Shown: one piece after another, positions 27,549 to 36,388 of the stretch | How positions within the stretch are numbered: the stretch's first letter is position 1 | How the letters are laid out: each line of letters begins with the position of its first letter | Source of the DNA: Maricaulaceae bacterium | Lineage (GTDB): Bacteria; Pseudomonadota; Alphaproteobacteria; Caulobacterales; Maricaulaceae | Assembly: GCA_050050115.1 (NCBI GenBank) | Contig: JASFUX010000001.1 | Location: 1-47,540 of the forward strand | DNA length: 47,540 nt | Direction: 5' to 3' | Notes under the pieces: generated by a model | Seen by the model: only the letters and a program-made list of their open reading frames with translations | What the model was told of the DNA's origin: nothing | Database searches by the model: none | Program-made: the position numbers and the translations under genes

Positions 27549-29768
27549 TCAGCCGTCGCGGGCTTCGGGACGCCAGGGACGCGCTGCGCCGCGCGCCGTG
27601 ACGAGGACCGGCGCGCCCGCGCCCGCCTCCAGCACGCCGCCGCGATCGCCCCGGCCCCGGCGCGGCGCGAGCAGCACCTCGCCGCAGCGCGCCCGCACGC
27701 GGTCAGGCGTCGGTCCCGGCGTGAACACCACGTCGGCGCGGTCGCAATCTTCGAGCACGCCCGCCCAGGTCTCGGCGACCGCGACGCGCAGTCCGGCGAC
27801 CTCGCCCGCGCAACCTGACGCATCACAGCGGAAGCTGCGCGCCGCGCCCGGCGGGCTGATCGCCGCGCCCTCCGCGCCGACGCGCCTTAAGAACAGCTCG
27901 GCGCCATAGCTCTCCCCGCGGCGCAGATCGCCGACCCATTCGCCGGTCTCGCTTTGCGCGAGCCAGCCGCCGTTCTCGCCGATCCAAAGCGCGCCGCGCG
28001 GTTCGGCGCGCCAAGCGAAAACGGTAAGGCACGCCAAGGCGAGCACCACCAGGGGCCGGCCCTGGCGCAGCACCGCGCCCGCGACGAAGGCCGCGCCCGC
28101 GAGCGCCAGCGCGATCGGCGGCGCGGCGGGTGCCGGCGTGATCGCGCCGGGCTGCGCGGCGGTCCATTCCGCGATCGCAGTTACGAGATCGATCGACCGC
28201 GCGCTGACCCACGCCGGCGCCGCCTCGAGCCCGAACGGCGCGAGCAGTCCCGCGATCGCCGCGAACGGCATCACCCCGACGGTGAACACTGGCATCGCCA
28301 AGAAATTCGCGAAGTAGCCGAGCCCAGCGAAGCGGTTGAAATGATAGGCCGCAAACGGAGCGGTCGCAGTTCCGGCTATGAGGCTCGTGGTCGCCAAACC
28401 AAACATAAACCGCCGCACGGCGCCGATCGCGCCGATCTCCTTGGGCTGGGGGTGCGTCCGCGCGCGTCGGCGCTGGTGGTCGTTGAACGCCACTAAAGCC
28501 GTCGAGGCGGCGAAGCTCATCTGAAAGCCGGGCGTCACTCCGCTTTCCGGCGCGATCAGCAGCACCGCCAGCGCCGCGATGGCTACGCCGCGCAAGGTGA
28601 GCGCGCGACGATCGGCGAGGATCGCGCCGAAGGCCACCGCGGCCATGATGAAGGCCCGCTGGGTCGGCGTCTCCGCGCCCGAGATCGTCAGATAGACCAG
28701 CGACAGCGCGAGCGCGCCGGCCGCGGCGAGCTTGCGCGGGTTGCAGCGGCGCGCCAGCGGATCGATCCCGGCGAACAGCCACGACAGCGCAAAGAAGGCG
28801 CCCCCGCCGACGAGCGCCAGGTGCATGCCGGAGATCGCCAGGATGTGGCCGAGGCCCGCCGCGCGCAACGCCTCGGTCGTGTCTGGAGCGATCTCGCTGC
28901 GGTCACCCGTCACCAGCGCGGCGAGCACGCCGCCCGCCCCGTCCCCGCCGGCGGCGCGCAGCCGGTCGGCCAAGCCGGCGCGCACGCCGGCGAACCAGGC
29001 GGCGCGACGGTCCGAACGCGGAATGACGACTTCAGGCGCCGACTCAAGCCGACCGAGCGCGTAGCCCGAACCGCCCAGCTCGTCGAAGTAGGCGCGACGA
29101 GAGAAATCGTAGCCGCCGGGCACTGGCGGGCCGGCGGGCTCGGACAGTGCGGCGCGGGCCCGCACCGCGTCGCCCGGGCGCACGGGGCTCAAAGGCGCGG
29201 TCATCCGCACCCGTTTGGGCAGCCCCTCAACCTCGCCGTCGAGCGCCGTAAGTCGGACGGTGTAGCGGCGGCGTCCGTTCGTCGCCGCGTCGACCTCCTC
29301 GATCCAGCCTTCAACCGCATACGGTGCTTCCCGAGCCGCAACCCGCGGCCCGTCGAGCCGTTGCGCCTTGACGTCGGTCAGCGCGAAGCCGGCGGCGGCG
29401 AAAGCGACGAGCGCTGCAATGCGCACCACCCAGCAGCGACCGAGCCGGCGATGCGCCACGAACGCGACCGCCGCAGCCAAAAAGACGAGCGCCCAGGCCG
29501 GCCAGGCCAGCGGCTCACGCTCGAGACCGAGATAGAGCGCCGCTCCGAGCACCATCGCGAACGGCGCGGCGAGCAGCGCGGCGCCGGGATCGACCTTGAT
29601 CGGCTTTGACACCTCCGCCCTGAGACAGTCGGCCGCGGCGACGGCGATGCGGCGGCGCTCAGCGGGCGCGGCGAGCCCGCGCAGCGGCGCGGGCAGCTCA
29701 TAGGCGAGCGCGCGCGCGATATCCCACGCGCGCCGCCCGAAGGCCGCAGCATGCGCTTCGGCGCCCAT
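27549..29768 (-). CDS. comEC: ComEC/Rec2 family competence protein
   Basis: 739 aa, polytopic. It has the characteristic GLGHILAISGMHLALVGG block and an N-terminal DUF4131-like OB region. The location between lexA and gltX is conserved in alphaproteobacteria. Confidence 0.85.
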   Translation of the reverse strand: MGAEAHAAAFGRRAWDIARALAYELPAPLRGLAAPAERRRIAVAAADCLRAEVSKPIKVDPGAALLAAPFAMVLGAALYLGLEREPLAWPAWALVFLAAAVAFVAHRRLGRCWVVRIAALVAFAAAGFALTDVKAQRLDGPRVAAREAPYAVEGWIEEVDAATNGRRRYTVRLTALDGEVEGLPKRVRMTAPLSPVRPGDAVRARAALSEPAGPPVPGGYDFSRRAYFDELGGSGYALGRLESAPEVVIPRSDRRAAWFAGVRAGLADRLRAAGGDGAGGVLAALVTGDRSEIAPDTTEALRAAGLGHILAISGMHLALVGGGAFFALSWLFAGIDPLARRCNPRKLAAAGALALSLVYLTISGAETPTQRAFIMAAVAFGAILADRRALTLRGVAIAALAVLLIAPESGVTPGFQMSFAASTALVAFNDHQRRRARTHPQPKEIGAIGAVRRFMFGLATTSLIAGTATAPFAAYHFNRFAGLGYFANFLAMPVFTVGVMPFAAIAGLLAPFGLEAAPAWVSARSIDLVTAIAEWTAAQPGAITPAPAAPPIALALAGAAFVAGAVLRQGRPLVVLALACLTVFAWRAEPRGALWIGENGGWLAQSETGEWVGDLRRGESYGAELFLRRVGAEGAAISPPGAARSFRCDASGCAGEVAGLRVAVAETWAGVLEDCDRADVVFTPGPTPDRVRARCGEVLLAPRRGRGDRGGVLEAGAGAPVLVTARGAARPWRPEARDG

Positions 29769-29873
29769 TCAAACGCCCCACCTCGTCTTTTGTTGGGGTT
29801 ATGCTATCACCCCGGCGGCGGATTGCGCGCCAGAACTCCCAAGTTTCGTAGGACAATCGACGCAAAGGCTCCC

Positions 29874-31304
29874 ATGTCGTCTTCCGGTCAGGTCGTCACC
29901 CGCTTCGCCCCGTCGCCGACGGGTTATCTGCACATCGGCGGCGCGCGGACCGCTCTGTTCAACTGGGTCTATGCGCGCGGCCGCGGCGGGCGCTTTCACT
30001 TGCGCATCGAGGACACCGACCGGGCGCGATCGACGCCCGAAGCGACCCAGGCGATCATCGACGGGCTGATCTGGCTTGGACTCGACTGGGACGGCGAGAT
30101 CGTTTCCCAAGCGGCGCGCGCGGACGCCCACGTCGCCGCTGCCGAGCGGCTGCTCGCCAGCGGCGCGGCCTACCGCGACTTCGCCTCGGCCGAAGAAGTC
30201 GACGCGCTCAAGGCGGAGGCGCGGGAGGCGCACCGCGCCTATCGCTCGCCCTGGCGCGATAAAGACCCCGCTGACGCCCCGGCGGACGCCCCGTTCGTCG
30301 TGCGCTTCAAGGTTCCCGACGGCGAAGACACGGTCGTCGACGACCAGGTTCAGGGCGAGGTCTACCAGAAGAACAAGGATCTCGACGACCTGGTGCTGCT
30401 GCGCTCGGACGGCGCGCCGACCTACAATCTCGCCGTGGTGGTCGACGATCACGATATGGAGATCACCCACGTCATCCGCGGCGACGATCACCTCGTGAAC
30501 GCCGCGCGCCAGACGCAAATCGCGCGCGCTCTCGGATGGGAGCCGCCGGTCTACGCCCATGTGCCGCTGATCCATGGCCAGGACGGCAAGAAGCTTTCAA
30601 AACGCCACGGTGATCTCGGCGCCGAAGCCTATCGCGACATGGGTTATCTGGCGGCCGGTTTGCGCAACTATCTGTTGCGGCTGGGCTGGTCGCACGGCGA
30701 CTTGGAGCTGTTCAGCGACGAGGAAGCCAAGACGGTCTTTGATATTTCGGGGATTAACAAGGCCCCCGCCCGGCTCGATCTGGACAAGCTCGCCAGCGTG
30801 AACGCCTTTCACTTGCGCCGAACCCCTGACGACGAACTGCTTGAGCTGCTTTTGGATTTTCTTCAGCGGACTGAATCGGAAACCTTCGCTGCAGCGCGGG
30901 AAGCCTCTGAAAAATTGCGCAAAGCGCTGAAATACCTTAAAGAGCGCGCGCAGACATTGAAGGACTTGGCCGAGCAGGCCCGCTTCCTGATCGCCGCCCG
31001 CCCGATCCCGCTGAACGCCAAGGCGCGCAAGACGCTGGACGCCGACGCCCTCGCTCGGATCGAGCGGCTCGCCGCAAGGCTCGGGGCGTGCGCGGACTGG
31101 GAAGAGGAAGGAATAAAGTCCGAACTGGACGCCTTCGCCGCTGACGAAGGCGTCGGGTTCGGCAAGATCGGCGCGCCGCTTCGCGCGGCTTTGACCGGGG
31201 GCGCGCCCGCGCCGGACCTCGCGGTCGTCTTGAGCCTCTTGGGGCGGGACGAGGCGCTCGGCCGGATCGGCGACGCGGCTGCGTCGCCCAAGAACGATGA
31301 CTAG
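29874..31304 (+). CDS. gltX: glutamate--tRNA ligase
   Basis: ORF trimmed to the ATG at 29874 ([31 protein letters not shown]...). It has the HIGH motif and KLSKR (KMSKS). Confidence 0.95.
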   Translation: MSSSGQVVTRFAPSPTGYLHIGGARTALFNWVYARGRGGRFHLRIEDTDRARSTPEATQAIIDGLIWLGLDWDGEIVSQAARADAHVAAAERLLASGAAYRDFASAEEVDALKAEAREAHRAYRSPWRDKDPADAPADAPFVVRFKVPDGEDTVVDDQVQGEVYQKNKDLDDLVLLRSDGAPTYNLAVVVDDHDMEITHVIRGDDHLVNAARQTQIARALGWEPPVYAHVPLIHGQDGKKLSKRHGDLGAEAYRDMGYLAAGLRNYLLRLGWSHGDLELFSDEEAKTVFDISGINKAPARLDLDKLASVNAFHLRRTPDDELLELLLDFLQRTESETFAAAREASEKLRKALKYLKERAQTLKDLAEQARFLIAARPIPLNAKARKTLDADALARIERLAARLGACADWEEEGIKSELDAFAADEGVGFGKIGAPLRAALTGGAPAPDLAVVLSLLGRDEALGRIGDAAASPKNDD

Positions 31305-31332
31305 CCTGCGCGGCCTGTTGGAGCGTGGACGA

Positions 31333-32658
31333 ATGAAGAAGGACGGAAAGATGGAAAACCGGATCAAGCCCGCCGGGGACGCAACGCTCGAGCTGCCCAA
31401 CGGCAAGAAGGTCACTCTTCCCGTCTTCGAAGGAACCCTGGGGCATCCGGTCGTCGATATCCGCGCCTTGAACGCTCAAGGCGGCGTATTCACGCTCGAT
31501 CCAGGCTTCACCTCCACGGCGAGCTGCGAAAGCCACATCACCTTCATCGACGGCGACGAAGGCGTGCTGCTCTACCGCGGCTATCCGATCGATCAGCTCG
31601 CGGAGGGGTCAAACTTCCTCGAAGTCTGCTATCTGCTGCTGCATGGCGAGCTGCCCTCGCCCGCCGAGCAAGAGGCGTTCACCAAGTCGATCACCTATCA
31701 CACGATGCTGCACGCGCAGTTCGATCGCTTTTTCGACGGCTTCCGCCGCGACGCCCACCCGATGGCGATCATGGTCGGCGCGGTTGGCGCGCTCTCGGCC
31801 TTTTATCACGACTCCACCGACATCTCCGATCCGCACCAGCGCATGGTCGCCTCACATCGCATGATCGCGAAGATGCCGACGATCGCGGGCCGGGCGTTTA
31901 AGTATTCGCTCGGCCAGCCGTTCGTCACGCCGCGCAACGAATTTACGTATGCGGAGAACTTTTTGCGGATGTGCTTCGCCGTGCCAGCGGAGGACTATGA
32001 AATCAGCGAAGTGCTCGCGCGCGCGATGGACAAGATCTTCATCCTGCACGCCGATCACGAACAAAATGCTTCGACGTCGACTGTCCGACTCGCGGGCTCC
32101 TCAGGGGCCAACCCGTTTGCGTGCATCGCAGCGGGCATCGCCTCGCTCTGGGGTCCGGCCCACGGCGGCGCCAACGAAGCCGCCCTCAACATGCTTTCGG
32201 AGATCGGCTCGACCGACCGCATTCCGGAATTCGTCGCGCGGGCGAAGGACAAGAACGATCCGTTCCGCCTCATGGGCTTTGGTCACCGGGTCTACAAGAA
32301 CTACGATCCGCGCGCGAAGGTGATGCAGAAGACGGCGCACGAGGTGCTGGATCTTCTCGGCATCAAGGACGATCCGCTGCTCGACGTGGCGATGGAGCTC
32401 GAGAAGATCGCGCTCGAGGACGACTACTTCGTCGAGAAGAAGCTCTATCCCAACATCGACTTCTATTCGGGCATCACTCTCAAAGCGATGGGCTTCCCAA
32501 CCGAGATGTTCACGGTCCTGTTCGCGCTGGCGCGCACTGTCGGCTGGATCGCGCAGTGGACGGAGATGGTCGAAGATCCCACGCAGCGCATCGGCCGCCC
32601 GCGCCAGATCTACACTGGCGCGCCGGAGCGTGACTACGTGCCCATCGATCGCCGCTAA
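31333..32658 (+). CDS. gltA: citrate synthase (type II)
   Basis: [38 protein letters not shown] and [13 protein letters not shown] are canonical motifs. Start is the ATG at 31333 or 31351; the ORF-track start 31297 overlaps the gltX end. Confidence 0.95.
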   Translation: MKKDGKMENRIKPAGDATLELPNGKKVTLPVFEGTLGHPVVDIRALNAQGGVFTLDPGFTSTASCESHITFIDGDEGVLLYRGYPIDQLAEGSNFLEVCYLLLHGELPSPAEQEAFTKSITYHTMLHAQFDRFFDGFRRDAHPMAIMVGAVGALSAFYHDSTDISDPHQRMVASHRMIAKMPTIAGRAFKYSLGQPFVTPRNEFTYAENFLRMCFAVPAEDYEISEVLARAMDKIFILHADHEQNASTSTVRLAGSSGANPFACIAAGIASLWGPAHGGANEAALNMLSEIGSTDRIPEFVARAKDKNDPFRLMGFGHRVYKNYDPRAKVMQKTAHEVLDLLGIKDDPLLDVAMELEKIALEDDYFVEKKLYPNIDFYSGITLKAMGFPTEMFTVLFALARTVGWIAQWTEMVEDPTQRIGRPRQIYTGAPERDYVPIDRR

Positions 32659-32664
32659 GGCGGT

Positions 32665-33858
32665 TCAGCCGCGCGGCGACGCGCCGTCCGGCGCAGATCC
32701 TCGGGTGCGCAGCAAGTCGAGAACGGCCGCCGCGGCGCGTCCGCTCGCCGAACCGCCTTCCCCTCGCATCTGCGCGACGGCGCGCGCCAGCTTTGCGCGC
32801 GTTTCGGCGGCGTAGGCCTCGTCCGTCAGCAGCCGGCCGACCGCTTCGGCTAAAGCCGCGCCAGTCGCTTCGCCTTGGACGAACTCGGGAATGACCCGCT
32901 CGCCCGCGGCCATGTTCACGAGCGAGATGTGCGGCGCCTTGAACACCGGCTTCATCAGGAAGTGCGTCACCGGCCCGAGCTTGTACGCGACGACGCTCGG
33001 CGTTCCGGCGATCGCCAGCTCTGTGACCACGGTGCCCGAGCAGGCCAGCGCGGCGTCGGCGGCGGCGAAGGCGTCGACGTGCTCGGGCTCGTCGACCATG
33101 ATCGCCTCGGCGAGCCGCGGATCGTCGGCCGACGCAGCGCGCACCTGACTCGCCACAGACGCCGCGAGCGGCGCGACGAGATGAAGCCCGCCGCCAAACC
33201 GCTCCCTAAGGCGCGTCATCGCGTCGGCGAACGGCTCCATAATTCGGCGCGCCTCTGCGGCGCGGCTGCCAAACAGTACGAGCAGCAGCTTGTCTTCGGC
33301 CGGAATATTGTAGCGCGCCCGAAAACCCGGCCCATCGCCCTCGGCGTTCTCATCGAGCACGGGATGGCCGACGAACACCGCCTTGAGGCCGGCTTCTTCA
33401 AAGTACGGCGGCTCGAACGGTTGAAGGGTCAGGACGACGTCAGCGGCCGCGGCCAGGGTGCGCGCCCGGCCGGGCCGCGACGCCCAGACCTGCGGGCCGA
33501 CGTACTTCACGATCGGCAGGTTCGGCAGGAGCCGGCGCAGCCTTTGAGCGACGCGCAACGTGAAGCCCCAGGAATCGATCAGCACGGCGATGTCGGGCTG
33601 CTCGGCGACGGCGAGGGCGGCGGTTTCGTCGGCGCGACGGACGACCCGGCGATAGGCCAATAGTCCGTCGACGAACCCCAGGACCGAAAGCTCGGAGATG
33701 TCGAACGGGCTCGCGACGCCGTGCGCCTGCATGCGCGGTCCGCCGACACCGCAGAACGTGATCTCCTCGCCCGCCTGTTCGCGCAGCGCGGTCGCGAGCG
33801 CACCGCCCAGGCGGTCGCCCGAGGGCTCGGCGGCGACCAGGAAGACCTTGAGCGCCAT
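32665..33858 (-). CDS. lpxB: lipid-A-disaccharide synthase
   Basis: 397 aa. FLVAAEPSGDRLGGAL, YVGPQVWASRPGR and GTVVTELAIAGTPSVVAYK form the LpxB pattern. Confidence 0.9.
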   Translation of the reverse strand: MALKVFLVAAEPSGDRLGGALATALREQAGEEITFCGVGGPRMQAHGVASPFDISELSVLGFVDGLLAYRRVVRRADETAALAVAEQPDIAVLIDSWGFTLRVAQRLRRLLPNLPIVKYVGPQVWASRPGRARTLAAAADVVLTLQPFEPPYFEEAGLKAVFVGHPVLDENAEGDGPGFRARYNIPAEDKLLLVLFGSRAAEARRIMEPFADAMTRLRERFGGGLHLVAPLAASVASQVRAASADDPRLAEAIMVDEPEHVDAFAAADAALACSGTVVTELAIAGTPSVVAYKLGPVTHFLMKPVFKAPHISLVNMAAGERVIPEFVQGEATGAALAEAVGRLLTDEAYAAETRAKLARAVAQMRGEGGSASGRAAAAVLDLLRTRGSAPDGASPRG

Positions 33859-33867
33859 CGGCTCGCC

Positions 33868-34716
33868 TCAGGCGCTCTCGACAGACGCGGAGCGGACCAG
33901 CACGAATACGCCGGCCGCCTCGGCCGCGCGCGCGACGGCGTCCACGTCGACGATCAGAGCGCCGCCCGCCTCGACGACGACGCCGGCGAGACCGGCCTTG
34001 TCGACGCCCGCGATGGTCGCAACGCCGACGGTCGGCAGATCGATGCGCCGCTCCTGGATGGGCTTGGGCAGCTTGGCGAGAACCCCGCGGCGCGCCGTCG
34101 GCGCGCCGCGCACGGCTTGCGGCAGCTCGGCGACGCGAGCGAGCATTAGATCGGTGCCCTCCTGCGCCTCGACCGCGAGGACGACGCCGTCGCACACCAC
34201 CGCGCCCTGGCCGATGTCGAGCCGGCCGATCTCGCGCGCAACATCGAGCGCCTTTTCGATATCTTGGGCGTGTTCGGCGCGCGGCTCGACCGCGCCGAGG
34301 CGGCCCTCTTTGGCGACAAGCCGGTCGTCGAAAGTTTCGGGCGCCGCGATGGCGAAGCCCTCGGATTCGAAGACGCCGACCACCACGCGCAACAGCGCGT
34401 CATCGCCCTTCGCCGCGGCGGCGATCGCTTGGGGCAACGCGCGCGCGCCGCGCCAGTCGACTTTAAGCGCGGAGAAGTCCGGCCGCTTGACCACGCCGCA
34501 GAAGGTCACGTCCGACACGCCTTGCGCCTTGAAGTAGTCGATCATCTTGCCAAGCTCGCCGAGCCCAGCGCGAACGTGATCGAAGTCGGACGTCCAATCC
34601 TCGGCGAAGCCCTCAAGCGCGGCGATCACGACCGGCGTGCCCGACCGGCGCGCCGCGGTCGCCACGCGCTGCGGCAGGTCGCCGCCCCCGGCGATGACCC
34701 CGAGCGCGCCGCTCAC
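33868..34716 (-). CDS. lpxI: UDP-2,3-diacylglucosamine pyrophosphatase LpxI
   Basis: 282 aa. LGVIAGGGDLP and ALDVAREIGRLDIGQGAVVCDGVVLAVEAQEGTD...LAKLPKPIQERRIDLPTVGVATI are near-identical in pattern to Caulobacter LpxI as I remember it. A GTG start overlaps the lpxD TGA (GTGA at 34713-34716). Confidence 0.9.
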   Translation of the reverse strand: MSGALGVIAGGGDLPQRVATAARRSGTPVVIAALEGFAEDWTSDFDHVRAGLGELGKMIDYFKAQGVSDVTFCGVVKRPDFSALKVDWRGARALPQAIAAAAKGDDALLRVVVGVFESEGFAIAAPETFDDRLVAKEGRLGAVEPRAEHAQDIEKALDVAREIGRLDIGQGAVVCDGVVLAVEAQEGTDLMLARVAELPQAVRGAPTARRGVLAKLPKPIQERRIDLPTVGVATIAGVDKAGLAGVVVEAGGALIVDVDAVARAAEAAGVFVLVRSASVESA

Positions 34717-35744
34717 GACTTCGGCTTGCGCTGCGCGAGCTTTTCAAGCGCTACGGTCTCGCGGAAAAACTGCTTGATCGGCCGCGCCGGCGCGCCGGCC
34801 CATGCCTCCCCGGCCGGCACGTCGCGCATCACCAAGGTCGCTCCAGCGAGCCGGGCGCCCGCGCCGACGCGCACGTGATCGCTGATCCCCACCGATCCGC
34901 CGAGCATCGCGCCGTCCTCGATCACCGCGCTGCCGGAAATCCCGCAACATCCGGCGAGCACGCAATTGCTGCCGATGCTCACGTTGTGCGCGACCTGGAC
35001 GAGATTGTCGATTTTCGTCCGATCCCCGATCGTCGTGTCGGCGAGCATGCCGCGGTCGACCGTCGTGCCGGCGCCGATGGTGACTTCGTCGCCGATAAGC
35101 ACGCGCCCGAGATGCGGCAGATCGATCAGCCCGCCCTCGCCTTCGGTCATGCCGAAGCCCGCTTCGCCGATAACGGCGTTCGCGCGGATCATCGCGCGCG
35201 CGCCGATGCGACAGAACATGAGCGTCGCGCCGGGGCCGATGTCGCTATCGGGGCCGACCTCTACGCCGCCATAGATCACTGCGTTCGGCCCGACCCGGGT
35301 GCGATCCCCGATCCGCGCGCCGGCGGCGATCCGTGCACCAGGGGCGAGCTGCACGCCCTCACCAAGCTCGGCGCGGGGGTGCACGCCTGTCTCGCCGAAG
35401 TCGGCAAGCTTGGGCGACGCGAGCGCAGCGCAAGCGTGAGCGAAAGCCTCTTGCGGGCGTTCGCAGACGAGCCAATGCACGTTGGCAAGCTCGGCGTCGC
35501 TCGCGAGGGTGTTCGCGTCCTTCTGCGTTGCAAAGCAGGCCGTCAGCCGCGGCGACAGTGCCGCTCGATTGGTGCGCGCGCCGCCGACGAAGCTGACGTC
35601 TCCCGGCCCGCCCGCGTCAAACGAGGCGACGTTGGATATTTCCGGATTGTCAGCCTTCTCGTCGAGAAGCGAGGCGCCGGCGGCGCGCGCGAGATCCCGC
35701 AGGCCGATCGGCCCGTGCAGATCGTAAAACGCGCTGTCAACCAC
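34713..35744 (-). CDS. lpxD: UDP-3-O-acylglucosamine N-acyltransferase
   Basis: ORF 34713..35837 trimmed to GTG 35744 (AGGAG 8 nt upstream), which removes the overlap with skp. At 343 aa it has an N-terminal UDP-binding-like domain, hexapeptide repeats, IGEAGFGM, and HNVSIGSNCVLAG. The size and N-domain indicate LpxD rather than LpxA. Confidence 0.85.
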   Translation of the reverse strand: MVDSAFYDLHGPIGLRDLARAAGASLLDEKADNPEISNVASFDAGGPGDVSFVGGARTNRAALSPRLTACFATQKDANTLASDAELANVHWLVCERPQEAFAHACAALASPKLADFGETGVHPRAELGEGVQLAPGARIAAGARIGDRTRVGPNAVIYGGVEVGPDSDIGPGATLMFCRIGARAMIRANAVIGEAGFGMTEGEGGLIDLPHLGRVLIGDEVTIGAGTTVDRGMLADTTIGDRTKIDNLVQVAHNVSIGSNCVLAGCCGISGSAVIEDGAMLGGSVGISDHVRVGAGARLAGATLVMRDVPAGEAWAGAPARPIKQFFRETVALEKLAQRKPKS

Positions 35745-35784
35745 CGACGCCGCTCCTGACGCTGACGTCGTCCCCGGCGAACGA

Positions 35785-36372
35785 CTAGTCTCCGCTCGAC
35801 TCCTCGGCGACCGGCAGACGGATCCGTTCGACTTCAACGGTAGTCATCGTCGCATTGAGCTCGGCGATCACCGCTTCGGTGATGTCCGCATTCTCGCCGA
35901 CATAGACCACCATCGGCCGCTCGAGCAGCACGTCGCCGCCGCGCGCTTCGACAACGCTGTCGAGGACGTCGTTCAAGGCCTCGAGCACCGGCTCAAGCGC
36001 CTGGTTGCGCGTCGCGGCGAGCTCGCGCTCTTTGACCTGCTGGGACACCCCGAGCTCGACAAGCTGGTTTTGAATCTCGATCCGCCGCTGGTTGAGCGCT
36101 TCGTCGGCGATGATCTCTTCCTCGGTCTTGTCCTCGGTGTCGGTGTTGAAAGTTTCCACCTCGGCGCGCACCGCGGTCTCTTCGGTCTCCAACTCCGTGC
36201 CGATCTCCTCGGCGATCGCGGAAAGCTCGGTTTGGATGTGCTGGCCGACCGCGGATTCGCTCAGCACCCGGTCCATGTCGATCACGAGAACGGTCGTCGC
36301 CATGGCTCCGACCGGAGCGAAGATCGCAAGCAAACCAGCCGCCGCGCAAACGGATACAATGCGTCGCAACAT
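35785..36372 (-). CDS. OmpH/Skp family periplasmic chaperone
   Basis: Signal peptide MLRRIVSVCAAAGLLAIFAPVGAMA, then a highly acidic coiled-coil. Its position between bamA and lpxD is canonical. The ATG at 36372 is preferred over the GTG at 36384. Confidence 0.8.
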   Translation of the reverse strand: MLRRIVSVCAAAGLLAIFAPVGAMATTVLVIDMDRVLSESAVGQHIQTELSAIAEEIGTELETEETAVRAEVETFNTDTEDKTEEEIIADEALNQRRIEIQNQLVELGVSQQVKERELAATRNQALEPVLEALNDVLDSVVEARGGDVLLERPMVVYVGENADITEAVIAELNATMTTVEVERIRLPVAEESSGD

Positions 36373-36388
36373 GATGTGTCCCACCTGT

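Noticed and set aside
29833-29847. GAAC-N7-TTTC in the comEC/gltX divergent spacer as a second SOS box
   Set aside because: The second half-site has three mismatches to GAAC. The arrangement is closer to an imperfect palindrome than to the direct repeat bound by alphaproteobacterial LexA.
34713-35837. Long form of lpxD overlapping the 3' end of skp by 53 nt
   Set aside because: The extension (MKSNGSVCRSPRSRAETSRSPGTTSASGAAS) is non-conserved-looking. GTG 35744 has an AGGAG 8 nt upstream and gives a typical LpxD length.
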